Counted from the first letter of the whole stretch, positions 24,564 to 36,929 are shown. The stretch is DNA of 63,168 nucleotides, filler included, from Chiloscyllium plagiosum (GCF_004010195.1; 5 parts of one record of this genome joined end to end with filler, not necessarily neighbours in it); one strand, 5' to 3'. Numbers and translations are program-made. The notes: generated by a model not told the origin, from the sequence alone.

Positions 24564-25647
24564 CTGTTGAAAAAAAATTGTTTTTTTATCATGAACCGTT
24601 TAGCTATCCAAGTGCATGAAACAATAAAAGCTAAATAAATTCTATATTACTGTTGTCATAATCTTCTAATTCACTGCCTTTTAGACACTTAATATAAAGT
24701 GGAGGAAGTTATGCTGTACAAACCCCTGGTCAGATAAGGAGGTGTAGAAGCAGTATTCCTTAGGGAGGTTAATTGGCTTCAGAGGAAGGACAGCACAATT
24801 ATTTAACAGAATGATGGCTGGACTCCAAATTCTACACTGATAAATTAGACAAATGAGATTTCCCTGAAATTTAGAAATTCACAAAGTGATCTGTTTGAAG
24901 TTTGTGATGTAAAGGAGAATGGATGGGGTAGATAGGAGAGAAAACGTAGTTGTACTAGTTGGGAGGTGCAGGATGAGGGGGCTCAAAATTTGAACTGGGG
25001 TTTTCGGGGGTGAAGTTAGGAAACACCTCTAGACACAAACAACGTTGGTAGTTTAGAATTCTTTATCCCTACAATTTGAGTCCAGGACTACCACTAACTC
25101 TGAGGTAACGTTACATAGGAACACTAGTTTATTGAGACATTTTCAACTGAGGACTTCATAGGATTATGCAAAAGCAAAATTAAAAAACAAAATCTCAGCT
25201 ATGGGTATTTCTCACAAGCTGAAAAAAACATCACATTCCTGAATTTCTAAACTGGAGCTTGTTTATCTTCTTTGGTTGATATAATCCCATAAATTCTACG
25301 GGTGGGCCTCAAAAATTGTTTCAGAAGGAATCATGATGATAGAAATGAAAGTTAATTAACCTCAGATACACTGAAAACCCAAAAAGGTTCCAAATTCAAA
25401 AACTAAAAACCCAAATGTACAGAAAAAAATTAAATCTATACAAAGTTCACAATCTGTATCACCCGCCAGTTAGTTTTTCCGATCTAATATTTATCCTCGA
25501 GTGTCTCAGAATAGCCAGCAACTTTCATTTGTGGACCTTACTGTGCATGTTTCTCAAATTGTCAAGGAAATTTGCAAGGTCAAGAAAGGTATCTGTAATA
25601 AACAGCTACCATTTTTTTCCCTTCAAACAACAAGGACTGAGATTTAC

Positions 25648-25760
25648 CTGATTCTCCCACCAACAATGAATGACTGGTGTGTTCCATCACTGCTCGAGCA
25701 AGACGAATCGCACTTTTAATCCTTCGAAGCTGCCCAACTCCTCCAGCCTCCATTGTATCA
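25648..25760 (-). CDS. AGA: aspartylglucosaminidase exon 3
   Basis: cttcag|TGATACA...TCAG|gtaaat; 113 nt; (G)[37 protein letters not shown](A). Confidence 0.95.
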
Positions 25761-26339
25761 CTGAAGAAGTTTTAAAATATGGGCAGTGATCAATATCAGT
25801 TGTTGAGAACATGCATGATTTTCACTCTCCTACATTCTCGCACTGGCTTTGATTTCAAGTACTGTACGTTGTGATCAAATTTACGAAAGAATAATTTCAA
25901 AATCAACTCGCAATGCAAAATCTAGTGAACAAATCACCTAAACAGAGGGCTAACTGCCCAACTCTCTTTCTCAGGTATGTCCATGTCTTGAAAAGGTAGC
26001 CCACAGAGTCCATTGTTACACTCAAGACCTTTTCTGGCTGATGGGCACCACAGGGACTGGAATGCATGTGCAGACTCCAAAAATCACATTTTGATTTGAA
26101 TCAGTAAATACCATTTAGAACTTCCTTTAGTTACAGTGCCCCTTTAAGGGCATTAATTTTGGTTTATTTGTTCATAGCATTTCAAAACAAAAGAGAAATT
26201 ATCACACTATTCTAAAGGGCCCTGTGGCTGTGGCAGTCTCCCTATCTCAAGACTAGAAGGTTCAAGTTCATGTAGCACCTTAGGCTGTGACAGTGTCATA
26301 TCACATTCAAATAGTTTTTTTGAAAAGAAAAAAGTCACC

Positions 26340-26830
26340 TAATCAGAAACTGAACTGGAGAAGCCAAACACTCAATACTGTAACTACTAGAACAGATGAA
26401 AGACAGAGTATAGACTCCCCAAAGCCTGTCAACTGTCTGTAAGGTAATAGTCTGGAATGTGGTGGAATTACCCCCCCTTTGCCTGGATGAATGCAGCTCC
26501 AATAACACTCGAGCAGGTTACAGAACAGGTAATTTGATTGGCACCCCATTTTCCATCTTAAACACTCACTCCCTTCATCACTGGTGTACTGTAGCTTCAG
26601 TGTGTACCAGCTGCAAGAATCACTGCAGAATCTCAGCAAAGTTCCTTTGACAGAATCTTCCAAACCTTGATCTTAAAACCTCTTAAGCCTGACAGACAAG
26701 GGAACCAGGCACTTGGGAACTCAGCCACACACAAGTTCCCAGATCATGTGACATCTGGATTTCGAATTCTATCACCATTCCTTCATTGTCGCTGGGTAGT
26801 GATTCACAACAATGTTCAAAAGCAAGCAGA
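26340..26830 (+). mobile_element. non-LTR retrotransposon 3' fragment (same family as 10070-10680 and 51870-52300)
   Basis: LECGGITPPLPG.., HSLHHWCTVASVCTSCKNHC: decayed RT C-terminus with shared 3' sequence. Confidence 0.6.
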
Positions 26831-27262
26831 GATTGGCAATGACTTGACAATGATGCTCATATTCTGTGAATACAAAACGATGAAACAAAAAGTGCCCATT
26901 ATTGGCCCAACAGAGATTCCTTGTTTGAACCTCCCTCGTAGACAGTAGACAGCATAGTCCTGCTAAGCGTATATACAATGTAGTCACTTGTTCTGCAAGT
27001 AGAAGATGATGGCCCAAAGTATTATTGTGGCCTTGAATCACAGACCAGGACTAGAGCATATCAACCAACGCACTAAGATCTTCAGGAGACACTGTGTTTC
27101 TCCAAGAAATTAGAGGTCACATGTTAGCTTTCTCACATTCGTAGGAAATTGTACATAGAGGCTGGCATGATAAAAAGATCACTGCACATTTGATTTGAAA
27201 AGCAGCTTTGTTAAGTAGATATATTTCCCTAGTATGCTATAATAGTCAGGAATATGACCTAC

Positions 27263-27416
27263 CCATTCATAATCATGGCATCTAATGTTGTCTCCCCATG
27301 CTCATCCGGGTTTCCTCCGTAACCCACAGTACCTCGACACTGGTCGATCTCACATCGACTGCAACCATCCTCTACTGCATCCAATGCAGAGCCTCCAGAC
27401 TGAAGTGTGTTCCATG
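27263..27416 (-). CDS. AGA: aspartylglucosaminidase exon 2
   Basis: gatttag|CATGG...AATGG|gtaggt; 154 nt; (A)[50 protein letters not shown](G). Confidence 0.96.
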
Positions 27417-27443
27417 CTAAATCAAATAAAAACAAACATAAAC

Positions 27444-28050
27444 GTTTGAGCCTTGTGGATACGGCAGGGGAATGGAACGGAATTGATATGGAATGCCCTG
27501 CCAGTAGCAGTGGTGGACTCTCCTTCATTATGGGCATTTAAACGTGCATTGGATAGTCATATGGAGGATAGCGGGCTAGTGTAGGTTAGGTGGGCTTGGA
27601 TCGGCGCAACATTGAGGGCCAAAGGGCCTGTACTGCGCTGTATTCTTCTATGTTCTATATAGCCATCATGGATAAATCTTAATTATACAATAAATGGCAG
27701 AACCTTTAGGAGCATCGACATACGGAGGGATCTGGGCATACAGGTCTACAAAGTGGCGTCACAGGTGGATAAGGTGGTCAACAAGGCAGTGAAGAAGGCA
27801 TACAGCATACTTACCTTCATCAGCCATGGAAGCGATGATAAAGCTTTGCAAGTTGTGATAGAGTTGTATGAAAATTAAGTTGAGCACATTTGGAATACAG
27901 TGTGCAATTCTGGTTTGATTCTACCAGAAGGACGTGGATGCTTTGGAGAGGGTGCAGAGAAGGTTTACTTTATGCTGCCTGCTCTGGAGGGTTTTAGGTA
28001 TGAAGAGTGGTTGGATAAAGTCATATTATTTTGTCTGATAGAAGACGGCA
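27444..28050 (+). mobile_element. CR1 3' end followed by another CR1 RT fragment (AGA intron 1)
   Basis: gggcctgtactgcgctgtattcttctatgttctat tail; RDLGIQVY..VQFWFD..KDVDALERVQRRF remnants. Confidence 0.75.
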
Positions 28051-28149
28051 GAGCGTTCAATAGAGGATGGCAGAGAGACTTCGCCGAGGAGCGTGCACAA
28101 ACTCTTGGGTGGAGTGCATTGCCAAAATGAAGCAGAAATTGGTCTTTTG

Positions 28150-28950
28150 CGAGCATTGCTCCCACTCCATTGTTTGGTCAAACATGGTCATCAGGTGTGA
28201 GGACTCTCTCTAAAATGGCGCTGTTTCAGTCATCTGAACCATCTTCTATTTCCTCTGGAAGTCTAAGATAGACTGGGTCTGCAAGGACTCCAAGTACAAA
28301 ACTCTGGATAAAGGGGGAAAAAGAACATATCCAATGTTGCTTGCATCCTGATGGCCATCTTTGTGTGTGGCTGCATCAAGTTGTGAGTAGACCCTCGATA
28401 TACAAACACTAACTGTCACTCTGTACTGAAGTTCTACCTGTCCCCAGTGTTGTAAAGGATGGGACTGGCCTCGCTGCCATGCAATGTTCCAAGTAGTTGG
28501 ACAGTTCTGTATCATCTGTCCTTTGTGGAGAAATTTGCAAAGTAAAGCACCTTTGACCACAAGTCCATCCGGAAGTGATTAGCTCGTGGCGTCCTTGAGA
28601 CACTGAGGGAAAAGAAGAGGGTGAATTCTGTTGTGTGTTTCCATGAGCAGACTGTCAAATTCATTTGGCAGAATGCTTCATCACCAGAAACAAGCACCAG
28701 GCCATCGTTTGGATGGTGGTGAGAAGGGCACGACCTGTGAGGTCCTTCATGAACACCATGTCAATCTATGCCACCGCACGCTGCCCCTTGAAGCCGGGGT
28801 TGGGGGGAGGGGGTGGTGCTGGTTGCAACTGGCACACATTACCTTCTAGAATGTGCATTTGCAAAGGAAGGCTGAGGGAAGATGCAGTGTTTTTCGTTAA
28901 GTGGGGTCTTCCGGCTGAAGGTAAATGGGGGTCCGTTCAGTTATCAGACC
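28150..28950 (+). mobile_element. L1/Tx1-clade LINE ORF2 C-terminal remnant
   Basis: IFYFLWKSKIDWVCKDSKYKTLDKGG; zf-RVT-like NKHQAIVWMVVRRARPVRSFM..ARCP..HYLLECAFAKE. Confidence 0.65.
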
Positions 28951-29289
28951 CTCCTAGTGCCTCAAATATCTGGAAATATTAATATTGTATGTATAAGAGA
29001 GGTCTACAACTGTACAGAACCAAGCCATATTTGTGACAATGTATATATATATATATATAAAAGGAGATTCTTTTATGAATAAAGCATATTTTTCAAATAA
29101 AAAAAAATTCTGGGAGAAGTCAGCTCACTCACCACGACTGATCAGCGGAGTGAGCAAGAACATTCACATCCCATTCACCCCCCTCCCAGTGATAAGCAGG
29201 AGGAAGGACAGCAGAGAGACTTCACTGAGGAGCATTCTGAGAGAAGTCGACCCACTCACCATGAGGTGAGGAGCCGTTATCAGGCAAGT

Positions 29290-30815
29290 CCCCATTTAAC
29301 ATGTGGGAATTGCTTAAAGACCAGTTGATGAGAGTTCAGCATGTTCCAATAAGGAGGAAGACAGGGGTGGCAAAGTAAAGGACCATTGGATAATGAGGGA
29401 CATTATGAATTTAGCCAGAAGAAGGAAAGAAGCATATTGCAAGGTTTAGGCAGCTAAAATCGACTGAGCCCATCAGGAATAAAATGAGAGCAGGAAAGAA
29501 CTCAAGCAGGGAATTTGGAGAGCAAGAAGGGGTTATGAAATGACCTTGGCAAGTAGGATTAAAGAGAATCCCAAGGCATTCTAGACATGCATTAAACACA
29601 GGAGGATAACTAGGGAGAAGATGGGACCACTCAAGGATAAAGAACTTGTGCTTGGAGGCAGAGGATTTGGTTGAAATCCTAAAAGAGTATTTTGTGTCGA
29701 TATTCACTCAGGAGAAGGAAATGGAGGATAGTGAGATTTGTGTGGAGAGTTCAAATATACTACAGTACTTTGAGATCAAGAAAGAAGTGGTGTTGGGAGT
29801 CTTGAAGAGCATTAAGGTGGATAAGTCCCCAGGGCCCGATGGTATCTACCCCAGGTTATTTGAGAGGCAGGGGAGGAGATTGCTGGGGCCTTGACCAAGA
29901 TCTTTGTACCTTCATCACCAATGGCTAATGTTGTTCCTCTATTCAAGAAGGGAAATAGAGATAATCCAGGAAACTAAGACCGATGAGTCTCACATCGGTG
30001 GTTGGGAAGCTATTGGATAGAATTCTTAGGGATAGGATGTATGCACATTCGGAAAAAGCATGGCCTAATTAGGGACAGTCAGCATGGCTTTGTGCAGGAC
30101 AGGTCATGCGTACTAACTTGATTGAATTTTTTGAGGAGGCCACAAAGGTAATCAATGTAGGTAGAGCAGTGAATGTTGTCTGCATGGATTTTAGGAAGGA
30201 TTTCAACAAGGTCCCTCATGGTAGGCTGGTCCAGAAGATTAAAATGCACAGGATTCATGGAGACTTTCCCACATTTATTTAGAATTGGCTTACCCATAGA
30301 AGGCAAAGGATAGTGGTGAAAGAGTATCTTTCAGCCTGCAAGTCTGTGACTAGTGGTGCTCCTCACAGATCTGCTGTTTGTGATATATGTAAATGACTTG
30401 GATGGAAGTGTAGATGGGTGGGTATTGGAGCTGCCCCTATTTTTAAGAGACACAAATGGCCAGAATTTAAAAAGCCTGCTTCAAGTAAAAATAATAATGC
30501 CTTTGAAAAGGGAGTTATTCCGAGACATTGCATCAAACACGAAAGACATAGATTCAAGGCAGAATGTTTAAAGAAATGAGCAAGACAAGTACCTTTTTAC
30601 ACATTGTGCCTGGAACACAATGCCAAGGGAGGGAATAAAAGCAGAGAGACAATAGCAACATTTCAGAAGCGTTGTTGTCAGACACATAAACAGGCAGGGA
30701 ACAGAGGGACACAGACCATGTACAGGCAGGTGGGATTAGATTAGAATGACATTAAGGTTGGCACAGAGCTGGTGGGCTGAAGGGCCTATTCTTGTGCTGT
30801 GCTGTTCTATGTTCT
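29290..30815 (+). mobile_element. CR1 ORF2 fragment, degenerate
   Basis: LKEYFVSIFT, IKVDKSPGPDGIYPR, QHGFVQDRSC, LLFVIYVNDLD; ctatgtt tail. Confidence 0.85.
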
Positions 30816-31669
30816 CAGTCGAGAGTCTGGCGCTGGAAAAGCATAGCAAGTCAGGCATCATCCGAGGAGCAGGAGAATCGACATTTCAGGCAGAGGTCTT
30901 TCATGAGGAATGTTCTAACGTTAGAAGGCCTCTCTGTTTTAATGCTGCATAGACAGTATCCCAGAGCACCAATTCAGGTCTACCTCAGTATCCAGCAGGC
31001 CTAAGGCTGTGCCCTCGACTTTCCATGGTCAGCTCTCACCAATTCATCTGCCTCCCACCTGAGCTGGAGCACGGAATTTGATAATGCCATCAATTCAAGT
31101 GGGCGTTAAAAAAAATTCCATGACACAATTTTGAAGAACAGGAGAATTGCTGAATCTCTGCCATTATTTATTCCTCAGTTTCACTTCCAGCTGGTTATCT
31201 GGACATGGTTGTACCCAGTTGTACGATCTTTCTGTGCACAGTTTGACTTGTGTTACAGCTCTGATTGAAGATGTCTTTCATGGATGGAAAGCATGGCCTA
31301 GATGGCTCGTTTCTACACACTTTTCTTACCTCTTGATAGGTATGAGCATAGATGACAAACTATTATCAAAACCACCTCTGGAATACTTCACGACTCTGTC
31401 CTGCCCCAACTTATCCCTTGCTGAAACCCTCTCATCAATGCCCATGTTATCTCTAGACTTGGCTTTCCAACATACTCCTAGTTGGGACTCCCACGTTCTA
31501 ACTTCTCTCAATCGGAGATCACCAAAACTCTGCCCCTGACCTATCCTGCTCCAGGATGGGTTTCCCTATCACCCCCATGCTCCCATATTCTCCATGGTTT
31601 TTGCCCCTTCCTGATGTTGGAATGTCATCTAACTCCCCTCTTTAACTCTGAGCTCTTGAGCTCCACAAC

Positions 31670-31704
31670 CACTTGATGAAGGAGCAGCGCTCCGAAAGCT
31701 AGTG
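31670..31704 (+). ncRNA. hammerhead motif, family B (one core change)
   Basis: CAC-[U]UGAUGA-A-GGAGC AGC GCUCC-GAA-AGCU-A-GUG: helix I CAC/GUG, 5-bp helix II, palindromic AGCU, CUA triplet; C3 mutated to U. Confidence 0.65.
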
Positions 31705-31756
31705 CTTCCAATTAAACCTGTTGGACTATAACCTGGTATAGTGTGATTTTTAACTT

Positions 31757-33202
31757 TGTACACCCCAGTCCAATACCAAATCACATCCACAACAAGCTTT
31801 CTTGGACTCTTCACGTGGACGCACTGGATACAAAGGCCCAACAACTTCTCTTCTTCCTCAGGCAGCTGAGAAAATTTGACATGACGGCGAATACCCTTGC
31901 CAACATTTGTAGGTGGTCATCGAGAGCATTCTGTCTGGATGTATCACTACCTGGTATGACAACTGTACCATTTAAGATCGGAGACGGTTACAGAGAGTGG
32001 TGAACTCAGCCCGGACAATTACAAAGGCCAACATCCCGTCTATAGAATCCATCTACCAGGCCCGTTGTCAAGGAAAAGCCGCCAGCATTCTCAAAGATCC
32101 ATCCCATCCTGGCAATGTTTTTCTACAACCTCTACCATCGGGGAGAAGGTACAGAAGCCTGAACACATGCACCAGCTGGTTTCGAAGCAGTTTCTACCCT
32201 CCTGTTGTTAGAATACTGAATGGACTCACAAATTTTTAACATTCGCCTGTACCTGTGTTTTTGTTTTTGCTGCTGTTGACCTAATATTCCTTTATCTATG
32301 CTACTTAACTCTGTGATCTGCCTGTATTGCTCGCAAGACAAAGCTTTTCACTGTGCCTCGGTACACTTGACAATAAATTCAATGCAATTCAATGAAACTC
32401 TATCTGCCACTCCTCAGCCCTTTCACAGTGGAACTGAGTGACAGTAAGATCACGTTTCCCTAGGCACATTTCCCCTAATCTACCACCAGTATATGCTGTA
32501 CACCCCAGTCCAATACCAAATCACATCCACAACAAGCTTTCTTGGACTCTTCACGTGGACGCACTGGTTACAAAGGCCCAACAACGTCTCTTCTTCCTCA
32601 GGTAGCTGAGAAAATTTGACATGACGGCGAATACCCTTGCCAACTTTTGTAGATGGTCATCGAGAGCATTCTGTCTGGATGTATCACTACCTGGTATGAC
32701 AACTGTACCATTTAAGATCGGAGACGGTTACAGAGAGTGGTGAACTCAGCCCGGACAATTACAAAGGCCAACATCAAGGAAAAGCCGCCAGCATTCTCAA
32801 AGATCCATCCCATCCTGGCAATGTTTTTCTACAATCTCTACCATCGGAGAGAAGGTACAGAAGCCTGAACACACGCACCAGCAGGTTTCGAGGCAGTTTC
32901 TACCCTCCTGTTGTTAGAATACTGAATGGACTCACAAATTTTTAACATTTGCCTGTACCTGTGTTTTTGTTTTTGCTGCTGTTGACCTAATATTCCTTTA
33001 TCTATGCTACTTAACTCTGTGATCTGCCTGTATTGCTCGCAAGACAAAGCTTTTCACTGTGCCTCGGTACACTTGACAATAAATTCAATGCAATTCAATG
33101 AAACTCTATCTGCCACTCCTCAGCCCTTTCACAGTGGAACTGAGTGACAGTAAGATCACGTTTCCCTAGGCACATTTCCCCTAATCTACCACCAGTATAT
33201 GC
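31757..33202 (+). repeat. head-to-tail duplication (740 + 706 bp) containing a Rex/Babar LINE 3' end
   Basis: Copies 31757-32496 and 32497-33202. Each encodes KAQQ.LFFLR.LRKF..ESILSGCITTWY..LQRVVNSA..ILKDPSHPG..LPS.RRYRS..SSFYP. Copy 2 lacks 34 bp. Confidence 0.92.
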
Positions 33203-33319
33203 ATTGAATTAATATTCTTAAAATCAGCAAATAGTGCAGAAGCTTGCAGTAGCCCTCACTTTACACATACATAAGCAAGTCTAGAAGCGGGGGTGACAGC
33301 AGTGCCCGCTTGCACTTAC

Positions 33320-33437
33320 CTGTCTGCACAGCACTGTGGTAAGGCCAGGTAGTAACGGCCAGGGGGAACTGAGAGTCCGCAAGGAAGCAGGAAGCGCTGA
33401 GCGCGAGGATCAGTGGAACGTAGCCCGGGGATCCCAT
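33320..33437 (-). CDS. AGA: aspartylglucosaminidase exon 1 (signal peptide)
   Basis: actATGG Kozak context; MGSPGYVPLILALSASCFLADSQFPLAVTTWPYHSAVQT(A)|gtaagt, phase 1 matching exon 2; cf. human PLPLVVNTWPF. Confidence 0.93.
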
Positions 33438-33439
33438 AG

Positions 33440-33600
33440 TAACGTGAAGTGTGCTCCCATTCACAGAAAATCCCACTCAGCCCAGGTCACCCACACACAG
33501 CGGCTGCAACAATAAACCAGGCTATTTGGACACACTCACTCACTGTTCCGCCTCTCATCGATCCTTGTCTGAAAGCACCGCCCCTTCCCTTATTTGTCAT
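33440..33600 (-). promoter_or_regulatory. putative AGA 5' UTR/proximal promoter
   Basis: Local CpG enrichment around exon 1; GC box (GGGCGG on -) at 33578-33583. Confidence 0.45.
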
Positions 33601-34139
33601 TCTATCTAATTTAAAGAAGATGAAAAATATTTTTATGACCAATATGACATTTATCTACTTGAATTCTCGATTTTAATGCAATTACATGCGCCCCAGTTCA
33701 TCTCTTTTTGCTATTGGAATAGGCAACAAAAATAAGCAAAATTTGCTGTAAAAACTTTAGGTGTACAAGACAAATAGTGATTTGCGGCAGACGGATTTTA
33801 ATATCATGAAGTGAGCTTGGCAGAGGGAATCATTCTCTACAATAGTGTAAAAATCTCAATTAGATTCGTTAGTATCAGTTACTGTCTGTTAAAAAAAATC
33901 AGCTTCACAAAAATAAATCAATTTATTTGATCTTGTTCTGACAATTATAATCATATTTAAGTTTGGAGTTGAAATAAACGATCGTTTGCGATCATACTGA
34001 ATAACAGTGACTTGAGAGGACATATGATCTAATCCTTTATTGATTATGATATAGTTCTGTTACAAGGGTTGAGCTTGCACTGCCATGTCAAAAAATAAGC
34101 CAACCTATTTAAGTGGTAAATGGAGTCTGCTTGTTTGAA

Positions 34140-35325
34140 GCTTGATGAAGGGATTTTGCCCAAAACGTCGATTTTACTGCCCCTCTGATGGTGCCTGAAC
34201 TGCTGTGCTCTTCCAGCACCACTAATCCAGAAAATGGTTGGTAGTCTACGATTAGAAGATATAAATAGTAGGGTGGGGGTGGGAGTAGGGGGAAAGTAGC
34301 TGGGTAGGCGATAGGTGGATGCAGTTGGGGACTGATAGTGATAGGTCGGAAAGGAGAGTGGAGTGGATACGTGGAAAGGAAGATGGACAGGGAGGACATA
34401 TCAAGATGGCAGTGCCGAGTTGGAGGGTTGGATCTGCGATGAGGTGGGGGGAGGAGAGAATAGGAAACTGGTAAGGTTGATGTTGATGCCGTATGCTTAA
34501 AGGGTCCCACGGCAGAAGATGAAGTGCTCTTTCTCCATTTGACAGGTGGCTTGGATTTGGCGGTGGAGGAGGCCCAGGATTTCATATCTTTGGTAGAGTG
34601 GGAGGGGGTGTTGAAGTGGTTGGCTACAGGGTGGTGGGCTGTTTGGTGCATGTGTCCCAGAGACGTTTCTGAAATGTTCCACGATTTGAAGTCCTGTCTC
34701 CCTGACGTAGAGGAGACCACATTGTGTGCAACGGCACAGTAGATGAGGTGTTTAGATGTGCAGGAAAATCCCTACCGGATGTGGAAGGATCCTTTGGGGC
34801 CTTGGATGGAGGTGAGGGAGGAGTTATGGGCGCAGGCTTTATATCTGTTGTGGTGGCAGGGGAAGGTGCTGGTTATGGAGGGTATGTTGATGGTGGGGCG
34901 TGGACCTAACGAAGGAGTCACGGAGGGAATAGTATCTGCAGAACGCAGATAGAGGTTGGAGGGAAATACAGATTTGTTGGTGAAGTCTGATTGTAGGTGG
35001 TTGAAATGGCTGAGGATAATGAGGTGTATCCGGAGATTAGTGGGGTGCAAGGTGAAGATCGGGGGGAAGGGGTCCCAGTAGCTGTGTGAGTCGGTTGGTT
35101 TGAAATAGATGTCCATCATGAGTCGGTTGCCAGAGATGAAAATGGAGAGGTCCAGGCAAGGGAGGGAGGTGTCTGAGATGGTCCATGTGAACTTAAGGTC
35201 AGGGTGGAAAGTGCTTGTGAAGTTGATGAACTGTTCAACTTCCTCGTTGGTGCATGAGATGGCACCAATACAGTCATCGATGTAGCGGAAGAAAAGGTTG
35301 GGGAAAGAAGTGAGGGAAAGAAGGC
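34140..35325 (-). mobile_element. PLE: RT C-terminus plus GIY-YIG on -, with an inverted terminal arm at 34140-34232
   Basis: FFRYIDDCIGA, FHPDLKFT, KPTDSHSY, IQGPKGSFHIR, HLIYC..LYVRETG, VANHFNTPSH, EKEHFIFCRGT. Confidence 0.88.
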
Positions 35326-35520
35326 TGCGGAGGCCAGGTCATTGAGTATATTTAAGACTGAGATAGATAGGTTCTTGTGTATCAAGGAGATCAAGGGTTA
35401 CGGGGAGAAAGCAGGAAAATGGGGATGAGAAACGTAATAGCCTTGGTTGAATAACGGAGCAGACTTGATGGGCTGAAAGGTCTAATTTCTACTCTATGTC
35501 TTATGGTCTTATGGTTTTAC

Positions 35521-35674
35521 CCATTCATAATCATGGCATCCAATGTTGTCTCCCCATGCTCATCCAGCTTTCCTCCATATCCCATAGTGTCTTGACACTG
35601 GTCAGTCTCACACTGATGCAAACCTTCCTCCACTGCATCCAATGCAGAACCTCCAGACTGAAGTGTGTTCCATG
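35521..35674 (-). pseudogene. AGA: orphan duplicate of AGA exon 2 (pseudo-exon)
   Basis: 154 nt, [51 protein letters not shown]; acceptor AG mutated to AA (35676-35675); donor GT kept; about 30 nt of upstream intron also homologous. Confidence 0.9.
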
Positions 35675-36074
35675 TTAAATCAAATAAAAATGGAAATAAA
35701 CTTTTAGGTGTGGTGTATACTGCAAGGGATTGCACTAGGTACAGCCAGCACAGACTCAATGAACTGAGTAGTCTCCTGCAAAATAAATAACTTGATAAAT
35801 ATAATTCACTTTTATACCACAAAACATTGAGCAATCACATAATCCAATAGGAAATTGTAGAATGCAGATTTCTCATGGAGAAATTTCAACCAAGTAAAAA
35901 TTGGTTGATAAAGAAAAACAAAACTATACATTTCAATCTGGTAACTACAAAAAAAAGATAAAGTTAAAATCAGGTTCAACGTAAGTTTTCAAATCAGTTC
36001 AAGGTGGCCCTGATCTGTCAGCTCCCTCGGGAATGCCTTAGTGTGCATCTCTCTCCTTGGCTATCCACTTCCAT

Positions 36075-36585
36075 TTAGATTATATTCTCTACACTGTGGA
36101 AACAGGCCCTTCGGCCCAACAAGTCCACACCGACCCTGCGAAGAGTAATCCACCCAGACCAATTTCCCTCTGACTAATGCACCTAACACTAGGGGCAATT
36201 TAAAATGGCCAATTCGATTAGATTACTTACAGTGTGGAAACAAGCCCTTCGGCCCAACAAGTCCACACGGCCCCACCCAGACCCCTACATTTACCCCTTA
36301 CCTAACACTACGGGCAATTTAGCATGGCCAATTCACCTGACCTGCACATCTTTGGACTGTGGGAGGAAACCGGAGCACCCGGAGGAAACCCACGCAGACA
36401 CGGGGAGAACGTGCAAACTCCACACAGTCAGTCGCCTGAGGCGGGAATTAAACCGGGTCTCTGCTAGTAGTGTTAGGTAAGGGGTAGATGGAGGGGTATG
36501 GGTGGGTTGCGCTTCGGCGGGGCGGTGTGGACTTGTGGGGCCGAAGGGCCTGTTTCCACACTGTAAGTAATCTAATCTAATCTAA
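36075..36585. mobile_element. cluster of HE1 SINE pieces (two on -, one inverted tail on +)
   Basis: Tails at 36075-36215(-), 36216-36460(-) and 36465-36585(+). Confidence 0.85.
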
Positions 36586-36929
36586 AAAAATAAATCAGCT
36601 TGACAGAGGGAATTGGAAGAGGCAATAGACACTTAACACAGGGACTTTTTGACTCTGACAAAGAGTGATGGAGTACGTTTGCAAGATCTGTAAAAGGTGG
36701 CACAATTTCTTGAGAAAATGGTGAGCAAGGTATATAGTATGTTGGGCTGTCTAAATGGTAACTGGTTATGCGTTGGTAACCAGTATTCCCCTATATTTTC
36801 CTCCCTTCTGCACAGACCTCAGAGGTGCATGTGCAGCAACAAGCTCTGGAATTAGTAGTCAACGCTGTGACCACATCAGCATGTTGATCATGGAATGTCA
36901 GAATGGTTGAACACCGCATGTAACGATTA

